Positions 38,907-50,262 of a DNA stretch of 64,000 bases are shown here, in pieces. The DNA comes from Bacillota bacterium (GTDB lineage: Bacteria > Bacillota > DTU025): positions 256,001 through 320,000 of the forward strand of contig JBMNJT010000002.1 in assembly GCA_050951805.1 (NCBI GenBank), read 5' to 3'. The notes below the pieces were generated by a model, which was not told the DNA's origin, made no database searches, and worked only from the letters and a program-made list of their open reading frames with translations. How positions within the stretch are numbered: the stretch's first letter is position 1; each line of letters starts with the position of its first letter. A program made the translations under genes and the position numbers.

Positions 38907-39244
38907 GCAGGTTATGAGGGAGCATTCGGCGCCATCAGTCGTCTGATATCGGAACTTCGGCCCACGTGAATTTGGGTGTGGCGCAAAGAAAAGTCAATAC
39001 ATGAGTAGTCGTGACAGGTTCTTGCGCGATCCTAAGCCTGCAGTTCGGATCTTGGCTGTCTACTGAAGGCCGTGATTCCTTTTGCATCTTGCTTGGCAGC
39101 CTAGATGCTTCTCGAAGCTTGCTCAGTTAGTATTGTTGCGGGCAGTCGCGGCACGTGGATATAGGGCTAGGAAAACGGGGCTGCAATCTGCATGTGACGG
39201 GGCGCACATCTTAGAGCGCTTTGTGAAAGGAGGCGGGAACGGTC

Positions 39245-39736
39245 ATGAGCAATAGAACACTGGCAGGAATTGCGTTGGTCATCCTGGGAACGCTTCTTCT
39301 CATGTCGAATTTTGGGATAAGGGCGCGATTTCCGGCAGCCAGCTTCTGGCCGCTCCTCTTAGCTTTGGTTGGAGCGATGTTCATCAGGGACGCTCTCAGA
39401 CCAGGCGGCGAAAGGAGCCATGTCTTTGTCGGAGTCATAATACTCGGCATCGGGATCATGTATTTTCTGAAAGCAATAGGGTTGATCAGGATTGGCATGG
39501 GGAAGCTCTGGCCGGTCTACCTGGTAATAGTGGGAATTGCGTTCTTTGCACAGGCGGCTGCGATGAATGTGCCGCATTATTCGGGGACAGGTGCTCTTTT
39601 GTGCGGAGTAGGCATCATTCTCCTCGCTTTCAACTTACGCCTGGTGGACTACGGGATATTCCGCGAGGCGGTGAAATACTGGCCTGTTCTGATAATAGCC
39701 GCGGGAGTTCTCAAACTTGTCGACAGCTACAGATGA
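39245..39736 (+). CDS. LiaF/LiaI-like multi-TM membrane protein
   Basis: Three repeats of G..L...G...L followed by (F/L/Y)WP..L. Confidence 0.7.
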   Translation: MSNRTLAGIALVILGTLLLMSNFGIRARFPAASFWPLLLALVGAMFIRDALRPGGERSHVFVGVIILGIGIMYFLKAIGLIRIGMGKLWPVYLVIVGIAFFAQAAAMNVPHYSGTGALLCGVGIILLAFNLRLVDYGIFREAVKYWPVLIIAAGVLKLVDSYR

Positions 39737-40596
39737 TGATATGAGCGGAAGTCTCACAGTGCGCATGTTGATGGCCTGAGACGGAAACGAAATGAATTGC
39801 GCCGACGAGTATGGGCGCAGAGTGTCGTTATAGATCCTAATCCACGCGGGGCGGGGCTTGCATGATCTCTTGTCAGAGATCGGCAGGCCTTGTTTTCATT
39901 ATCCAAGTGTAGCTTTTGACATGACGCCGGTTCTTTTGAGCGAGTATCGATAGGCTTTTCTGCCATTATCCAGTCTGCATTGCTCGTAGCTGGGGCTCTT
40001 GCGGCTCGATTGGGCCAAGATGCTTTTTGCGAGTTGCCCTCAGAGCACAGGGCTTAAGTATATTGTATTGGCAACTGTCGGCTTTATGCGAAATGCATAA
40101 TCTCGAACGACTGCGGTCCAGTAAAGGGTTGAGCGAACCTTGCGATGTCGCAATTTACACGTGGAATAGCATACCGCAGGCCCTCCAGCATGCTTCAGCC
40201 GGAATGTGCTCTTCTTTTGTTGTCATTTCTATGCAGCTTCCTGTACGGATCTACATGGTTCGCGCGATCGGCGTGCTACGATGATCTATGGGAATGCCCG
40301 CCACGGTGGTACACACGACTTTTCTCTGCGAGCCGATGCCGGGTTTGCCATGGTCTGGGTAGGACCCGAAGCGGTCAGTCGCAGGCATTGGAAAAGACCT
40401 TCCAGAGAAGCTATAATGGCGCGCTCCGATCGCCTGTGGAGCCAGCGGCCAAGGACGGCTGAACGGGCGGGATTTGCAACAGATTGTAATGGCCTGCCAG
40501 TTGCCCATTAGAGGATCGTCAATATCAGCGTGCCCAATCGACGGGTCTGCATACGAGGTGGTTCCAGTCGATAGACGGGGCCAGGAGGGTTGATAT

Positions 40597-43500
40597 ATGG
40601 TTGAAGTCCATATTGAGCCATATACGAGGGTTACGGGCGCCGGGTCTGGCGGCAGGGGGCAGACGCGAGCAGGGGGAACGTCCGGGCGGCGTGGGAGGGA
40701 TGCTTCAGAGGCTGGGCCAACTCCTAACCGTGGAAAGCGCAAACCCCGAGGGCCGAATCGACAGACTTCTTCCGCTTTGCCGCAGGGCGCAGATGCTTCG
40801 AAAAGGCCAGGCACGCGCCGACAACCTGCGAAAGAGCGAGCCCGACAGGGAAAATCGTTTCATCAGGGGTTGCCGAAATGGGGGTCCTCATGGAACAGCC
40901 GGGCTGCAAAAGGAGAATTGCGTGATGTGCGAAAACGTGGAATTCAAGATGAGATCGCGGGTGGGCAGTATTCTCCGGGCAGGCTGTGGGGGGGCGTGGC
41001 CATTGGTTTTGTGTGCGGGTCTGCTACCCTGTTTGGTGCCTATGCCCCGTTTGGCATTGTTTGTGTGACCGCAGCGCTTTTTGGATGGGATGTTGCATAT
41101 GCGATGCCCACAATTGCGGGCGCCCTAGCCGGAGCGGCCCTTGGGGCGGGCCCGCAGGCCGCGGTCGGCCTCGCCATATCCGCTGCGTTGCTAGAGGTTC
41201 TCCGGAAGCTCATCTGGCCTCAGCTGTCGCCTGGTTTCCGCCATTCCACAGGTAGCTGGGCCGTGGGCGCGATCGTCCTCTTGTGTTCGTTCATTGGATC
41301 GGCGATAGCCTACGAGGTAAGCGGATCAGGCGTCGACGTGTTAGTCGTCAGCCTTGTCGAGTCCGCCTTGGCCGGGTCGGCAGCGGCCATCGTGGTTCCT
41401 TCGGCAATCGCCTGTGCCGAGACGGGCCAGCTCAAATCGGCGGGCCGACTTGAGTCGGCTGCGCTTCTTGTTGTGGGGGCCGCGGTCTGCGCAGGCCTTG
41501 ATTCATGGTCTTTTGGCGGGTTTTCCCCCGGCGCAGCCGTTGGCCTCTATGCGTCGGCGGTTGTAGGTGCGATAGCGGGCCCGGGCGCAGGTGCGATCGT
41601 GGGAGCATCTTTGGGCGTCGGACTCGGCATCGCCAGAGCCGGACAGGGTATCCTCATTGGCATTTTGACATTGGCCGGGGCCGCCTCGGGCATAGTTGGC
41701 AGGCAGGGACGGGCAGTCACGGCGTTTTCTATATTGATCGCAGCCGCGCTCTCAGGTTACCAGCTTCGAACGACAGGCGAGTTCACAGCCAGAATGGTTG
41801 AAGCGTCAGTTGCTGCGATCGGGTTTCTTCTTACCCCTGATCGGCTTCTTTCAGAGCTTTCGTGGCGCCTTCCTGGCGGTATTGCCCCGTACGATCTTGA
41901 AAGGGAGCGGATGGACGGTGTCTATCACGTGGTTATGGGGAAGCTTTCCGTTTTGGGGCAGACCTTTCGTGAACTTGCAATAGCATATCAAGGCGGGCCT
42001 ATCGGGGATTTTCGCGACACAGATGGCGGTGAAAGGAAGGATGGAAGCGACGCCGATGGGCATGACGGGGCTGGTTCTGCTGCCGATATCGATCTTGCGG
42101 GCGGTTTGGGGCCCGCAGAGATCTGGTCATCTGACGTTCAGGAACTGGATGATCCGTTCGAAGCCGCGAGCTGCGAGAGCCCCGGGATGCGCGCAGTACG
42201 TGCGGCAGCCTTCATTCGGACACAGGCATGTACCGGTTGCCCAAGATACGATGTGTGTTGGCGCGACATGTTCTTCCGAACTTACCGGGACATTGTGGAC
42301 ATGCTTGCAGCTGTGGAGTTATTCGGGGATGGTGGCATTGAATCGCTTCCGGAAGGGCTCAAAAATAGATGCATGCGGACGGAAAAAGTGATTGGAGCCT
42401 CCTTGGTTGCTGCGGGAAGAAGAAGGAGCGCTGCCGTATGGCAGGGACAAAAGGAGCGAAATGGGCAGCAGAAGACGGAAGCGCTTCTCGACAGGTCATC
42501 GACTGTGAGCATCTTGGCATTACAGATGGCCGGTGTGGCCGACGCGATCTCGCGCGTATCTTGTCAAGCGCAGGGGATGGCCAGGTTTGACGAGGAAGCT
42601 GAAAGGTTGATCCGAAGGCGGCTGTCGGCCATGGGCATTGGCGTTGTGGATGTCAGGGTATCCTGGACCGGTCATGGGGGTTTGGAGGTGTACGTGGTCA
42701 AGGCTCCGTGCGCGCAGGACGGAGAGTGCGTCAAAACAGTGGCGCCTGCAGTCGGCGATGCGTTGGGCCGGCCGCTCTCCGTTTGGCAGGCGGATTGCTT
42801 TTGGACTGAAGGAGAAGGTTCGATGACGCTTGGGCCTGAAGGCAAGAGCCGTGTTGGAGCGGCGACAGGGTTGGAAAGCGTTCGTAGGGACCGGCGAGGA
42901 GAGCGCAAGGAGTGCTGTATCAGGCTGTTGCCTGCCCGAAAGTATGATCTTGAGAGCGAAGCTGTAACATTGCCCAGAACTTCGGGCGAGACAAGCGGCG
43001 ATTCCCACGCAGTGATCAACTTGGGAGATGGAAGGATGGCAGCCATAATAGCGGATGGCATGGGGGTTGGGGAAGAGGCTTCAGCAGAGAGCGGCGCAGC
43101 CGTGGCTATGCTGGCGAGGCTCTTGGCAGCCGGCCTTGATTTGGATTTTGCGGTCCAAAGTGTAAATGCGATGATGTTGCTCAGGTCGGAGGATGACACG
43201 TTCACCACTGTTGACCTTGCCGTGGTGGACCTTTACACCGGGCAGGCAGAGATGGTCAAAGCGGGCGCCCCGCCTAGCTTCATAAAACGCGGACACGAGG
43301 TGATAGCCGTAGGAGGCCCCTCTGTGCCGGTTGGGGTTTTGGCGCCCACGAGGGTCATGAGGTACAGGACGAATCTTGAGGAAGGGGACATGCTCATAAT
43401 GGTCACCGACGGGGTGACCGAGGCAAGGCCAGGCCCGTCCGAATCAGGTGTCGAGCTTGTCCGTGTGATGGAGCGCGCAGATTGGGATTTGCCAAGGAAG

Positions 43501-43740
43501 GTTGTTGCGGACGTGATTGACTGGGCGAGAGGGGCGGATTTTATGGACGAGGATTCTTCCGGACAAAGCCGCGGAGGGACTCGGCAGGCAACGGCGAAAC
43601 ACGGCAATCGCGCAGAAGGACGCCGAGGCAATCCCATGGGGCCCACGGGCGACAAGAAGCGGAGCGGCTCCGCCCAGAGCAGAGACGACATGACTGTGCT
43701 TGCAGTCAGGCTTACTCTGGCCAAAGGCGCTCACACATGA
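40597..43740 (+). CDS. spoIIE: Stage II sporulation protein E-like PP2C phosphatase with long insertions
   Basis: Multi-TM region, CTGCPRYDVCW motif, PP2C motifs SGDSH, ADGMGVG, TVDL, VTDGV and DDMTVLAV; upstream of tilS-ftsH; AGGAGG RBS. Confidence 0.85.
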   Translation: MVEVHIEPYTRVTGAGSGGRGQTRAGGTSGRRGRDASEAGPTPNRGKRKPRGPNRQTSSALPQGADASKRPGTRRQPAKERARQGKSFHQGLPKWGSSWNSRAAKGELRDVRKRGIQDEIAGGQYSPGRLWGGVAIGFVCGSATLFGAYAPFGIVCVTAALFGWDVAYAMPTIAGALAGAALGAGPQAAVGLAISAALLEVLRKLIWPQLSPGFRHSTGSWAVGAIVLLCSFIGSAIAYEVSGSGVDVLVVSLVESALAGSAAAIVVPSAIACAETGQLKSAGRLESAALLVVGAAVCAGLDSWSFGGFSPGAAVGLYASAVVGAIAGPGAGAIVGASLGVGLGIARAGQGILIGILTLAGAASGIVGRQGRAVTAFSILIAAALSGYQLRTTGEFTARMVEASVAAIGFLLTPDRLLSELSWRLPGGIAPYDLERERMDGVYHVVMGKLSVLGQTFRELAIAYQGGPIGDFRDTDGGERKDGSDADGHDGAGSAADIDLAGGLGPAEIWSSDVQELDDPFEAASCESPGMRAVRAAAFIRTQACTGCPRYDVCWRDMFFRTYRDIVDMLAAVELFGDGGIESLPEGLKNRCMRTEKVIGASLVAAGRRRSAAVWQGQKERNGQQKTEALLDRSSTVSILALQMAGVADAISRVSCQAQGMARFDEEAERLIRRRLSAMGIGVVDVRVSWTGHGGLEVYVVKAPCAQDGECVKTVAPAVGDALGRPLSVWQADCFWTEGEGSMTLGPEGKSRVGAATGLESVRRDRRGERKECCIRLLPARKYDLESEAVTLPRTSGETSGDSHAVINLGDGRMAAIIADGMGVGEEASAESGAAVAMLARLLAAGLDLDFAVQSVNAMMLLRSEDDTFTTVDLAVVDLYTGQAEMVKAGAPPSFIKRGHEVIAVGGPSVPVGVLAPTRVMRYRTNLEEGDMLIMVTDGVTEARPGPSESGVELVRVMERADWDLPRKVVADVIDWARGADFMDEDSSGQSRGGTRQATAKHGNRAEGRRGNPMGPTGDKKRSGSAQSRDDMTVLAVRLTLAKGAHT

Positions 43741-43986
43741 TGTGGGGCGTCTTCTTTGTGATATCATATGAATAAGGGTTCTATTGGTTCCGTTGGCGGG
43801 CGCCTTTGCCAACTGCGGAAATCCGATGGCCCAAAACACCACAAACCGGAGGGGGCTATCTTGCTCCTTCGGCATTGTTCTGTGCAGCTCAGATTGTCAG
43901 TTGCTGCAGGATTACAGTTGGGGATTGCCTATTATGTAATGACGCTTGATACTGAATCTGACGTGAAATGTGGGAGGCAGCGCTAA

Positions 43987-45783
43987 ATGGGCGGACATCC
44001 ATTGAATGTCACAGCCAAGAAGTGCATTGTGCGCCATTCGATGATAGACAAGGGAGACGGGATCGTGATCGGGGTCTCGGGTGGGCCTGATTCCGTGGCC
44101 CTCCTTTTTTTCCTGCTCGACATGGCAAAAGAGTACGACCTGAGGCTCCACATTGCCCACGTCAATCACATGATCCGTGGGGCAGATGCCGATGCAGACG
44201 CGGATTATGTTGAGAAGCTCGCCGAGAGCCTAAGAGTGCCAGTGACTATAGAGAGAGTAGATGTGCCTGGGGTTGCCCGCAGAAGCGGGGCAACGGTTGA
44301 AGATGCAGGCAGGTCCGTAAGGTATGGCCTGTTTTTGAGGATCGCCAAGGATTTGGGATTCAGCAAAGTGGCCGTTGGACACAATGCGGATGATCAGGCA
44401 GAGACCGTGCTTATGAGGGTGATCCGTGGCGCTGGAACTCGTGGCCTTGCCGGGATTCCGCCAACCCGCGATCTGGGGGAAGGAATCACGTTGATCAGGC
44501 CGCTTATAGGCACAAGTAGGGATTCAATAGAGGCCTACTGCAGAGCGAAGAATGTCTGTCCAAGGCAGGATGCGACGAACTTGGACACTTCCTATTTTAG
44601 AAATCGTGTGCGTCGGGAGCTGCTTCCGTTACTCGAGGCTAACTACAACTCGAATATCAGAGCATCCCTGACCAGGCTTGCCGCGACGGCTGCCGATGAT
44701 GAGGCCTATTTGAGGTCTGCCGCCGATCAGTTGCTGGAGCTTGCGATTGCTCGGGCGGGGGCCAAGGTTGTGGAGCAGGTTCGGTACGTGAGGCCTCGAG
44801 TCGAGCATGAAACAGAGTATGTGACTGAATCTCCCATCCAAACCGCGCCGCTACAGCTCGACCTCGGAGTGCTGCAAGATGCACCGCCTGCGCTCCTTGC
44901 TAGGGTGTTGACTGCCGCGTTTGCGGAGATGGCAGATGGAGAACATGATCTATACTATCCGCACGTGGCCGCGATGTGTGATTTGGTAGCTGAGGGATCT
45001 GTAGGCGACTCCGTAGACTTGCCCAGGGGCGTACGAGCATGGTTGACATATGATTGCCTACTAGTTGGGCATGCGGAAGACGGGAACCTGGGCGAAGAGG
45101 CTTGGGATAGGCGCCAACAAGGGCAGAAGGATAGGCATGACTGGGCAAGTCTGAAGGTTCCTGGTGTAACCTCCGCGCCTGCTTGCGGGGTGATCATCTA
45201 CTCGGCTATCTGCGAAGCGCCTCAGGATGGAGCAGGTTTGGCGTGTGCAGGGCATGTGGAGGCCGACGGCAACGCCCATGATGACCCTGATGGACGAACC
45301 GCCATCGCTATGTTCTCCAGATCCGAGTGGGCCGATTCTGAGGACGGCGCGGGGAAAGATGCAGGCGGTTCTGCCCGGAAGGATTCCGAGCCTAGCGGCG
45401 CAATGATAGGACCTTCAGCTCTTGCAGCAATTGGAAACATGGCTTGTGCTGCAAGTGGATTTGAGGGCGTGGATCTTGATCCATCGCTTCTCGGAATCAC
45501 CTGGGTGATTTTCGATGCTGGCAAAGTCGATACGGAGAACCTAGCGGTCCGCCCCTGGAAAGCAGGGGATAGGCTGGCCCCGTTTGGCATGGAAGGGACG
45601 AAAAAAGTTTCTGATGTATTTATAGACGAAAAGATTCCCAAGGCTGACAGGCTGCAGTGGCCTGTGATAGTCTATGGGGACGAGGTTTTTTGGGTTGTGG
45701 GTCTGCGAGCAAGCAGAATTGCTGTGGTAGATGCGAAAACCAGGAGATACGGGGTGCTTGTGGCCGAATGGGATCGGGATTGA
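43987..45783 (+). CDS. tilS: tRNA(Ile)-lysidine synthase
   Basis: VSGGPDS PP-loop, HVNHMIRG, GHNADDQAETVL, IRPL, D.TN...Y.RNRVR; C-terminal GTKKVSDVFIDEKIP. Confidence 0.95.
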   Translation: MGGHPLNVTAKKCIVRHSMIDKGDGIVIGVSGGPDSVALLFFLLDMAKEYDLRLHIAHVNHMIRGADADADADYVEKLAESLRVPVTIERVDVPGVARRSGATVEDAGRSVRYGLFLRIAKDLGFSKVAVGHNADDQAETVLMRVIRGAGTRGLAGIPPTRDLGEGITLIRPLIGTSRDSIEAYCRAKNVCPRQDATNLDTSYFRNRVRRELLPLLEANYNSNIRASLTRLAATAADDEAYLRSAADQLLELAIARAGAKVVEQVRYVRPRVEHETEYVTESPIQTAPLQLDLGVLQDAPPALLARVLTAAFAEMADGEHDLYYPHVAAMCDLVAEGSVGDSVDLPRGVRAWLTYDCLLVGHAEDGNLGEEAWDRRQQGQKDRHDWASLKVPGVTSAPACGVIIYSAICEAPQDGAGLACAGHVEADGNAHDDPDGRTAIAMFSRSEWADSEDGAGKDAGGSARKDSEPSGAMIGPSALAAIGNMACAASGFEGVDLDPSLLGITWVIFDAGKVDTENLAVRPWKAGDRLAPFGMEGTKKVSDVFIDEKIPKADRLQWPVIVYGDEVFWVVGLRASRIAVVDAKTRRYGVLVAEWDRD

Positions 45784-46000
45784 GAGTCCGGCGCCAATAC
45801 AGGGCTCCGCAGCCGCCTCTGTCTGGAGTGCCGAAGGGACCGCATCTGAGAGTGCTGAGTGCTTCAGGACGGACATTCTGCATTCCGTAGGAACATTGAA
45901 GGGCTCATGGTCGTTAAGGATAAAGTACAACGATACACATAGGTCATACGGGTCTTTTGGTTGTCTGTGGAATCATTTTGTCTTGGGCCTTGGGCCTTGT

Positions 46001-46030
46001 TTGTGTCGCGCAGGAGGGCTGTGCTATAAT
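46001..46030 (+). promoter_or_regulatory. SigA promoter of ftsH
   Basis: TTGTGT-N18-TATAAT with extended -10 TG. Confidence 0.65.
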
Positions 46031-46158
46031 TACTTCGCATATTACGAAATTTGAAACCGAATATTTCCCCGTGGCGTACTGCGCGGGATATTCTATTAAA
46101 GGAGGGAAGGCGCATTCCTCGCCATCTTTGAAGGCTGGGGCTTGTTGCGCCTAACAAG

Positions 46159-48144
46159 GTGAATAACAGGCTAATGAAAAGTCTCGCGCTGTGGTTGTTG
46201 CTTGGCCTCATTGCGATATCAATATCGAACGCGCTATTCTCAAGCAAGCCCCGCGTCGACGAGATTACAGCAAGCCAGTTCATGCAATACTGGCAAGAAC
46301 ATCGGGTTGAGAAGCTTCAGATAACGGGTGAAAATTCTATCAAGGGTACACTCGATGACGGATCTGGCTTCAAACTCTACTACCCCGACGTAAAGGGACT
46401 AGTAGAAGACTTGCGTAATGATCCGGATCTCGCCAATCAGGTGGAGCTCTCTATGGTGCCCGAAGGACAAGGGGCATGGTGGATCGCCCTTATTCCCAAC
46501 ATAATATCGATAATTCTTCTGTTTGTTGTCTTTTTCTTCATCATGAATCAGGTTCAAGGTGGAGGAAACAAGGCGATGCAGTTCGGCAAGAGCCGGGCTC
46601 AGTTGCAGACGTCCGAGAGGGGAAAGGTGACTTTCCAGGATGTCGCCGGAATAGACGAAGTCGTGGACGAGCTTGAGGAGGTAGTGGACTACCTCAAGCA
46701 CCCTAAACGCTACATTGAGCTGGGCGCCAGGATACCCCGGGGGATACTCTTGGTTGGACCTCCTGGAACAGGCAAGACGCTCTTGGCTAAGGCGGTTGCA
46801 GGAGAGGCGGACGTTCCTTTCTTCAGTGTGAGCGGTTCCGACTTTGTGGAGATGTTCGTGGGTGTCGGCGCCAGCCGAGTTCGTGACATGTTCAATGAGG
46901 CAAAACGCAACGCGCCATGCATCATCTTCATAGACGAAATCGATGCGGTGGGCCGTCAGAGAGGCGCTGGTCTTGGGGGCGGCCATGATGAACGCGAGCA
47001 GACTCTCAATCAGTTGCTTTTCGAGATGGACGGGTTTGATCCGAATTCCGGAGTGATCGTGTTGGCCGCGACTAACAGGCCCGACATTCTCGACTCTGCG
47101 CTGCTGAGGCCGGGTAGATTTGACAGGCAAATCGTAGTTGACGTGCCTGACCAGAAAGGCCGGGAGGAGATTCTCAAGGTGCATGCGCGCAATAAGCCTC
47201 TTGATCCGGAAGTTGACCTGAAGGCAGTAGCGCAGCGCACACCCGGGTTTACCGGGGCGGACCTGGCAAATCTCTTGAACGAGAGTGCTCTTCTTTCCGC
47301 AAGGAACAACAAGAAGAAAATCGGGACCGAAGAGATTTCCGAGGCTATTGAGAGACTGGTGGCGGGTCCCGCCAAAAAGGGTCGGATAATGGGGGAGAAG
47401 GAGAAGAACCTGGTGGCGTACCACGAGGCGGGCCACGCGATTCTTGGCCACATGCTCCCAGATGCTGACCCCGTGGTGAAAGTGTCCATCATAGGACGCG
47501 GCAGAGCGGGCGGCTACACACTTATGATTCCTGAGGATGATCGAAGGTACCGTTACGCCACCAAGAACGAGATGTTCAACGAGATCGTTGTTGCATTGGG
47601 CGGCAGAGTCGCTGAAGAGATCGTGTTGGGCGAGATAAGCACTGGGGCCCAAAACGATTTGGAGCGCGCTAGCAAGACTGCGCGCAAGATGGTGACGGAG
47701 TACGGCATGAGCGATCTTGGCCCCATAACCTACGGGCGAAGTCATGAAGAACAGATATTCCTCGGACGAGACATCGCCCGCGACCGGAACTACAGCGAAG
47801 AAGTGGCGTCAAGAATCGACGCGGAAGTCCATAGCATAGTAACTGAAGCTTACAACATGGCTACTGAGATGTTGACCCAGAACATGGATAAACTCCATCT
47901 GCTCGCGACTGCGCTGAAGGAGAGGGAGACTATAGAAGGCGAAGAACTCGATGCGCTCCTGAGCGATGACAATGGGGCTCAGGATTCGGACTATGGGGCT
48001 GACAAGTCCGATGCCGGGCTCGGCTCGGCGGCGACAGTCGGTGGTTCCCAGCTTGAGGAAGCCAAATCCGGAATCGCTGCAATCGAAGAACGGCTCAAGG
48101 CCGGCAAGCAGCGCGATCCGGGGCCTGAGGGTGCCCCCGCGTAA
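46159..48144 (+). CDS. ftsH: ATP-dependent zinc metalloprotease FtsH
   Basis: Two [40 protein letters not shown]. Confidence 0.98.
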   Translation: MNNRLMKSLALWLLLGLIAISISNALFSSKPRVDEITASQFMQYWQEHRVEKLQITGENSIKGTLDDGSGFKLYYPDVKGLVEDLRNDPDLANQVELSMVPEGQGAWWIALIPNIISIILLFVVFFFIMNQVQGGGNKAMQFGKSRAQLQTSERGKVTFQDVAGIDEVVDELEEVVDYLKHPKRYIELGARIPRGILLVGPPGTGKTLLAKAVAGEADVPFFSVSGSDFVEMFVGVGASRVRDMFNEAKRNAPCIIFIDEIDAVGRQRGAGLGGGHDEREQTLNQLLFEMDGFDPNSGVIVLAATNRPDILDSALLRPGRFDRQIVVDVPDQKGREEILKVHARNKPLDPEVDLKAVAQRTPGFTGADLANLLNESALLSARNNKKKIGTEEISEAIERLVAGPAKKGRIMGEKEKNLVAYHEAGHAILGHMLPDADPVVKVSIIGRGRAGGYTLMIPEDDRRYRYATKNEMFNEIVVALGGRVAEEIVLGEISTGAQNDLERASKTARKMVTEYGMSDLGPITYGRSHEEQIFLGRDIARDRNYSEEVASRIDAEVHSIVTEAYNMATEMLTQNMDKLHLLATALKERETIEGEELDALLSDDNGAQDSDYGADKSDAGLGSAATVGGSQLEEAKSGIAAIEERLKAGKQRDPGPEGAPA

Positions 48145-48334
48145 AAAGAGGCGGCTTTGTGGTCCGCAACATTTAACTGCCCTGGCGCGGTGCAGCGTCA
48201 GGGCAGTATTATGCGCGAGGCAGCCATTCGGAAGGTCGCACTGCGATCTACGAGTAATGCCGTCTCTGGCGAGCATAAAACCGTGGGGAAAACCGGATGT
48301 GAAAAGAGAACATGCAGCTGAGAGGATGTAGTAG

Positions 48335-49819
48335 ATGTCAGAACCGGATAGTGGTAGATTGCCCAGGGTCTACTGGGGAACGGCTATTGCAGCCGGTGCC
48401 TTTGCGGTTGCCAGATTCGTGCCATTGCCAGACGTGGTGGCCGCTTCGGGGGAGATCCTGAGTCTTACTGCAACGGGAAGGTCGGCGCTGGGGATTGTGA
48501 TGTTTACTGCGATCCTGTGGGCCCTCGAGGTTTTCCCCTTTCCAGTGACCGCCCTCCTGGGCGCCGTGATGCTTCCTTTATTCGGCGTGATGGGGTGGAC
48601 AGACGTCATCAAGTCCGGAGCCGGCTCGGATATCGTGCCCTTTCTGCTCGGCATCATGATACTCTCAACAGGTGTAGTCGAGTCCGGACTTGCCTTGCGC
48701 GTGTCGAAGAAAATTGTAAGAATGGCTGGGAGCGATCCGAAAAGGGTAGTCCTGGCTTTTCTGCTTTTTAGCGGCTTCTGTGCGGCGTGGCTGGGAAACC
48801 TTGCAGTTGCCGCGATACTTCAGCCGATAGCTGTTGCCATAATAGTCTCGAATGGCCTCGTTCCCGGACATTCTAATTTCGGCACGGCCCTCTCCATAGG
48901 GTGTGCATGGGGTGCCCTCATAGGGAGCATCGCCACGCCTGCAGGAGGTGCTTCAAATCTGATTGCCATCGGGTTTCTGCGAAACCTTGCCGGCGTTGAT
49001 CTTGGTTTCACTCAATGGATGGCTGTGGGGTTCCCGGCAGCCATGCTCATGATGGCGCCGGCATGGGCCATATTAATCATGGCCTTCCCTCCCGAAATCG
49101 AGGAGCTGCGTGTAGACAGCGCGGATGCTGATGACGGTGAATGCGGGAGCGAGGGCAAGAGCAGAGGCGCCATCGTGGCAAACGGCAGCCCGTTGACGGC
49201 CCATGAGATTTGGGCTCTCGTCGGATTGGGAGTCATGCTCACGCTCTGGTTTCTCAGTGATTGGCTGAAGAAGGCATTCGGCATGGACATGCCTATGTCG
49301 CTGGGCGCGATCATAGGCGCTGTCGCATATCTTCTGCCCGTTAACGGAACTAGTTCATGGGATGTCCTGGAACACAAGATCAACTGGGGCAATCTGGTTC
49401 TCGTGGCTGTGGGCATGTCATTGGGAGCCGGAGTATATGATTCAGGGGCTGCGGCATGGCTTGCAAACGCAGTGTTTGGGAGAATGGCAGCTTTGCAGCC
49501 GTTTCCCAGGGCGCTCCTGCTTTCCACTGCGATAATGCTCTTCAAACTCATGTTCTCGAGCAACACTGCAACGGCTTCGATAGTGATGCCGGTAGTTCTC
49601 GCAGCTATCAACGGAGCAGCCGTTGATCCCTGGACGTTTCTTGCCCCGGCGGCGCTGGCTTCGCCGCTTGCGTTCATACTGGTGACGTCTGCCCCGGCGA
49701 ACCTGGTATTCCACGACTCGGAGTGCTTCAGCGTACGCGACATGGCTGTAGTAGGAATCCCAATGACTATTGTTGCGGCTATCTGCATCGCCTTCGTATG
49801 TACACTTGTGCTTGGTTGA
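48335..49819 (+). CDS. DASS/SLC13-family anion (dicarboxylate or sulfate) transporter
   Basis: LWALEVFPFPVTAL, GSIATPAGGASN, FSSNTATA, TSAPANL. Confidence 0.85.
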   Translation: MSEPDSGRLPRVYWGTAIAAGAFAVARFVPLPDVVAASGEILSLTATGRSALGIVMFTAILWALEVFPFPVTALLGAVMLPLFGVMGWTDVIKSGAGSDIVPFLLGIMILSTGVVESGLALRVSKKIVRMAGSDPKRVVLAFLLFSGFCAAWLGNLAVAAILQPIAVAIIVSNGLVPGHSNFGTALSIGCAWGALIGSIATPAGGASNLIAIGFLRNLAGVDLGFTQWMAVGFPAAMLMMAPAWAILIMAFPPEIEELRVDSADADDGECGSEGKSRGAIVANGSPLTAHEIWALVGLGVMLTLWFLSDWLKKAFGMDMPMSLGAIIGAVAYLLPVNGTSSWDVLEHKINWGNLVLVAVGMSLGAGVYDSGAAAWLANAVFGRMAALQPFPRALLLSTAIMLFKLMFSSNTATASIVMPVVLAAINGAAVDPWTFLAPAALASPLAFILVTSAPANLVFHDSECFSVRDMAVVGIPMTIVAAICIAFVCTLVLG

Positions 49820-50128
49820 AATTAGGGCGTAGGTGGGATTGGCCCGCTTGCCGCCGCAAATGGGAAAGGCGAGATGTGTCTTCATGTACCGGGCTCTGAA
49901 AATCTCCGCTCCCTACAGCATCTGGGCCGAAACAGGCCCTGTCATGCATGACATTGTTTTCCGGAGATAACGGAGCGCTTGCGGGCTCGCGATACCAATG
50001 CCCAATCGGGAATGCGGGTGCAGGAGTGAAGCATTAATAGTCCTTCTTAGCCGGGGCGCCCTGGCAGGAAAACGCGTGCTCGACGACAAAATTTATATGG
50101 TATGGTTATTGCGGTTCACATCAATCCC

Positions 50129-50153
50129 GCCCGATCGCAGCTTGGGCTTTTTT
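50129..50153 (+). terminator. Terminator-like hairpin upstream of hutH
   Basis: GCCCGA-N7-TTGGGC followed by TTTTTT. Confidence 0.55.
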
Positions 50154-50262
50154 ATAAGTTGTAAATCCGCTGCCCAACTGTGGATAATTGCCCTGTGGTT
50201 TGCCGCCGTTCTGAGGTTGTGATGTTTCAGCTGTAAGGTATTGGCGAAAGGAAGGGACCATT

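Noticed and set aside
39740-40596. Spo0A boxes, tRNAs or a small gene upstream of spoIIE
   Set aside because: Only partial TGNCGAA-like matches, no tRNA fold, and the short ORFs lack RBS or family features.
46399-47745. 448-aa ORF antisense to ftsH, and similar long shadow ORFs (37391-38458, 17012-17974, 19930-20706, 49012-49788)
   Set aside because: They overlap confidently identified genes on the opposite strand and show no family motifs; expected in GC-rich DNA.
50179-50187. Perfect DnaA box (TGTGGATAA)
   Set aside because: Single isolated 9-mer, with no cluster or AT-rich unwinding element.
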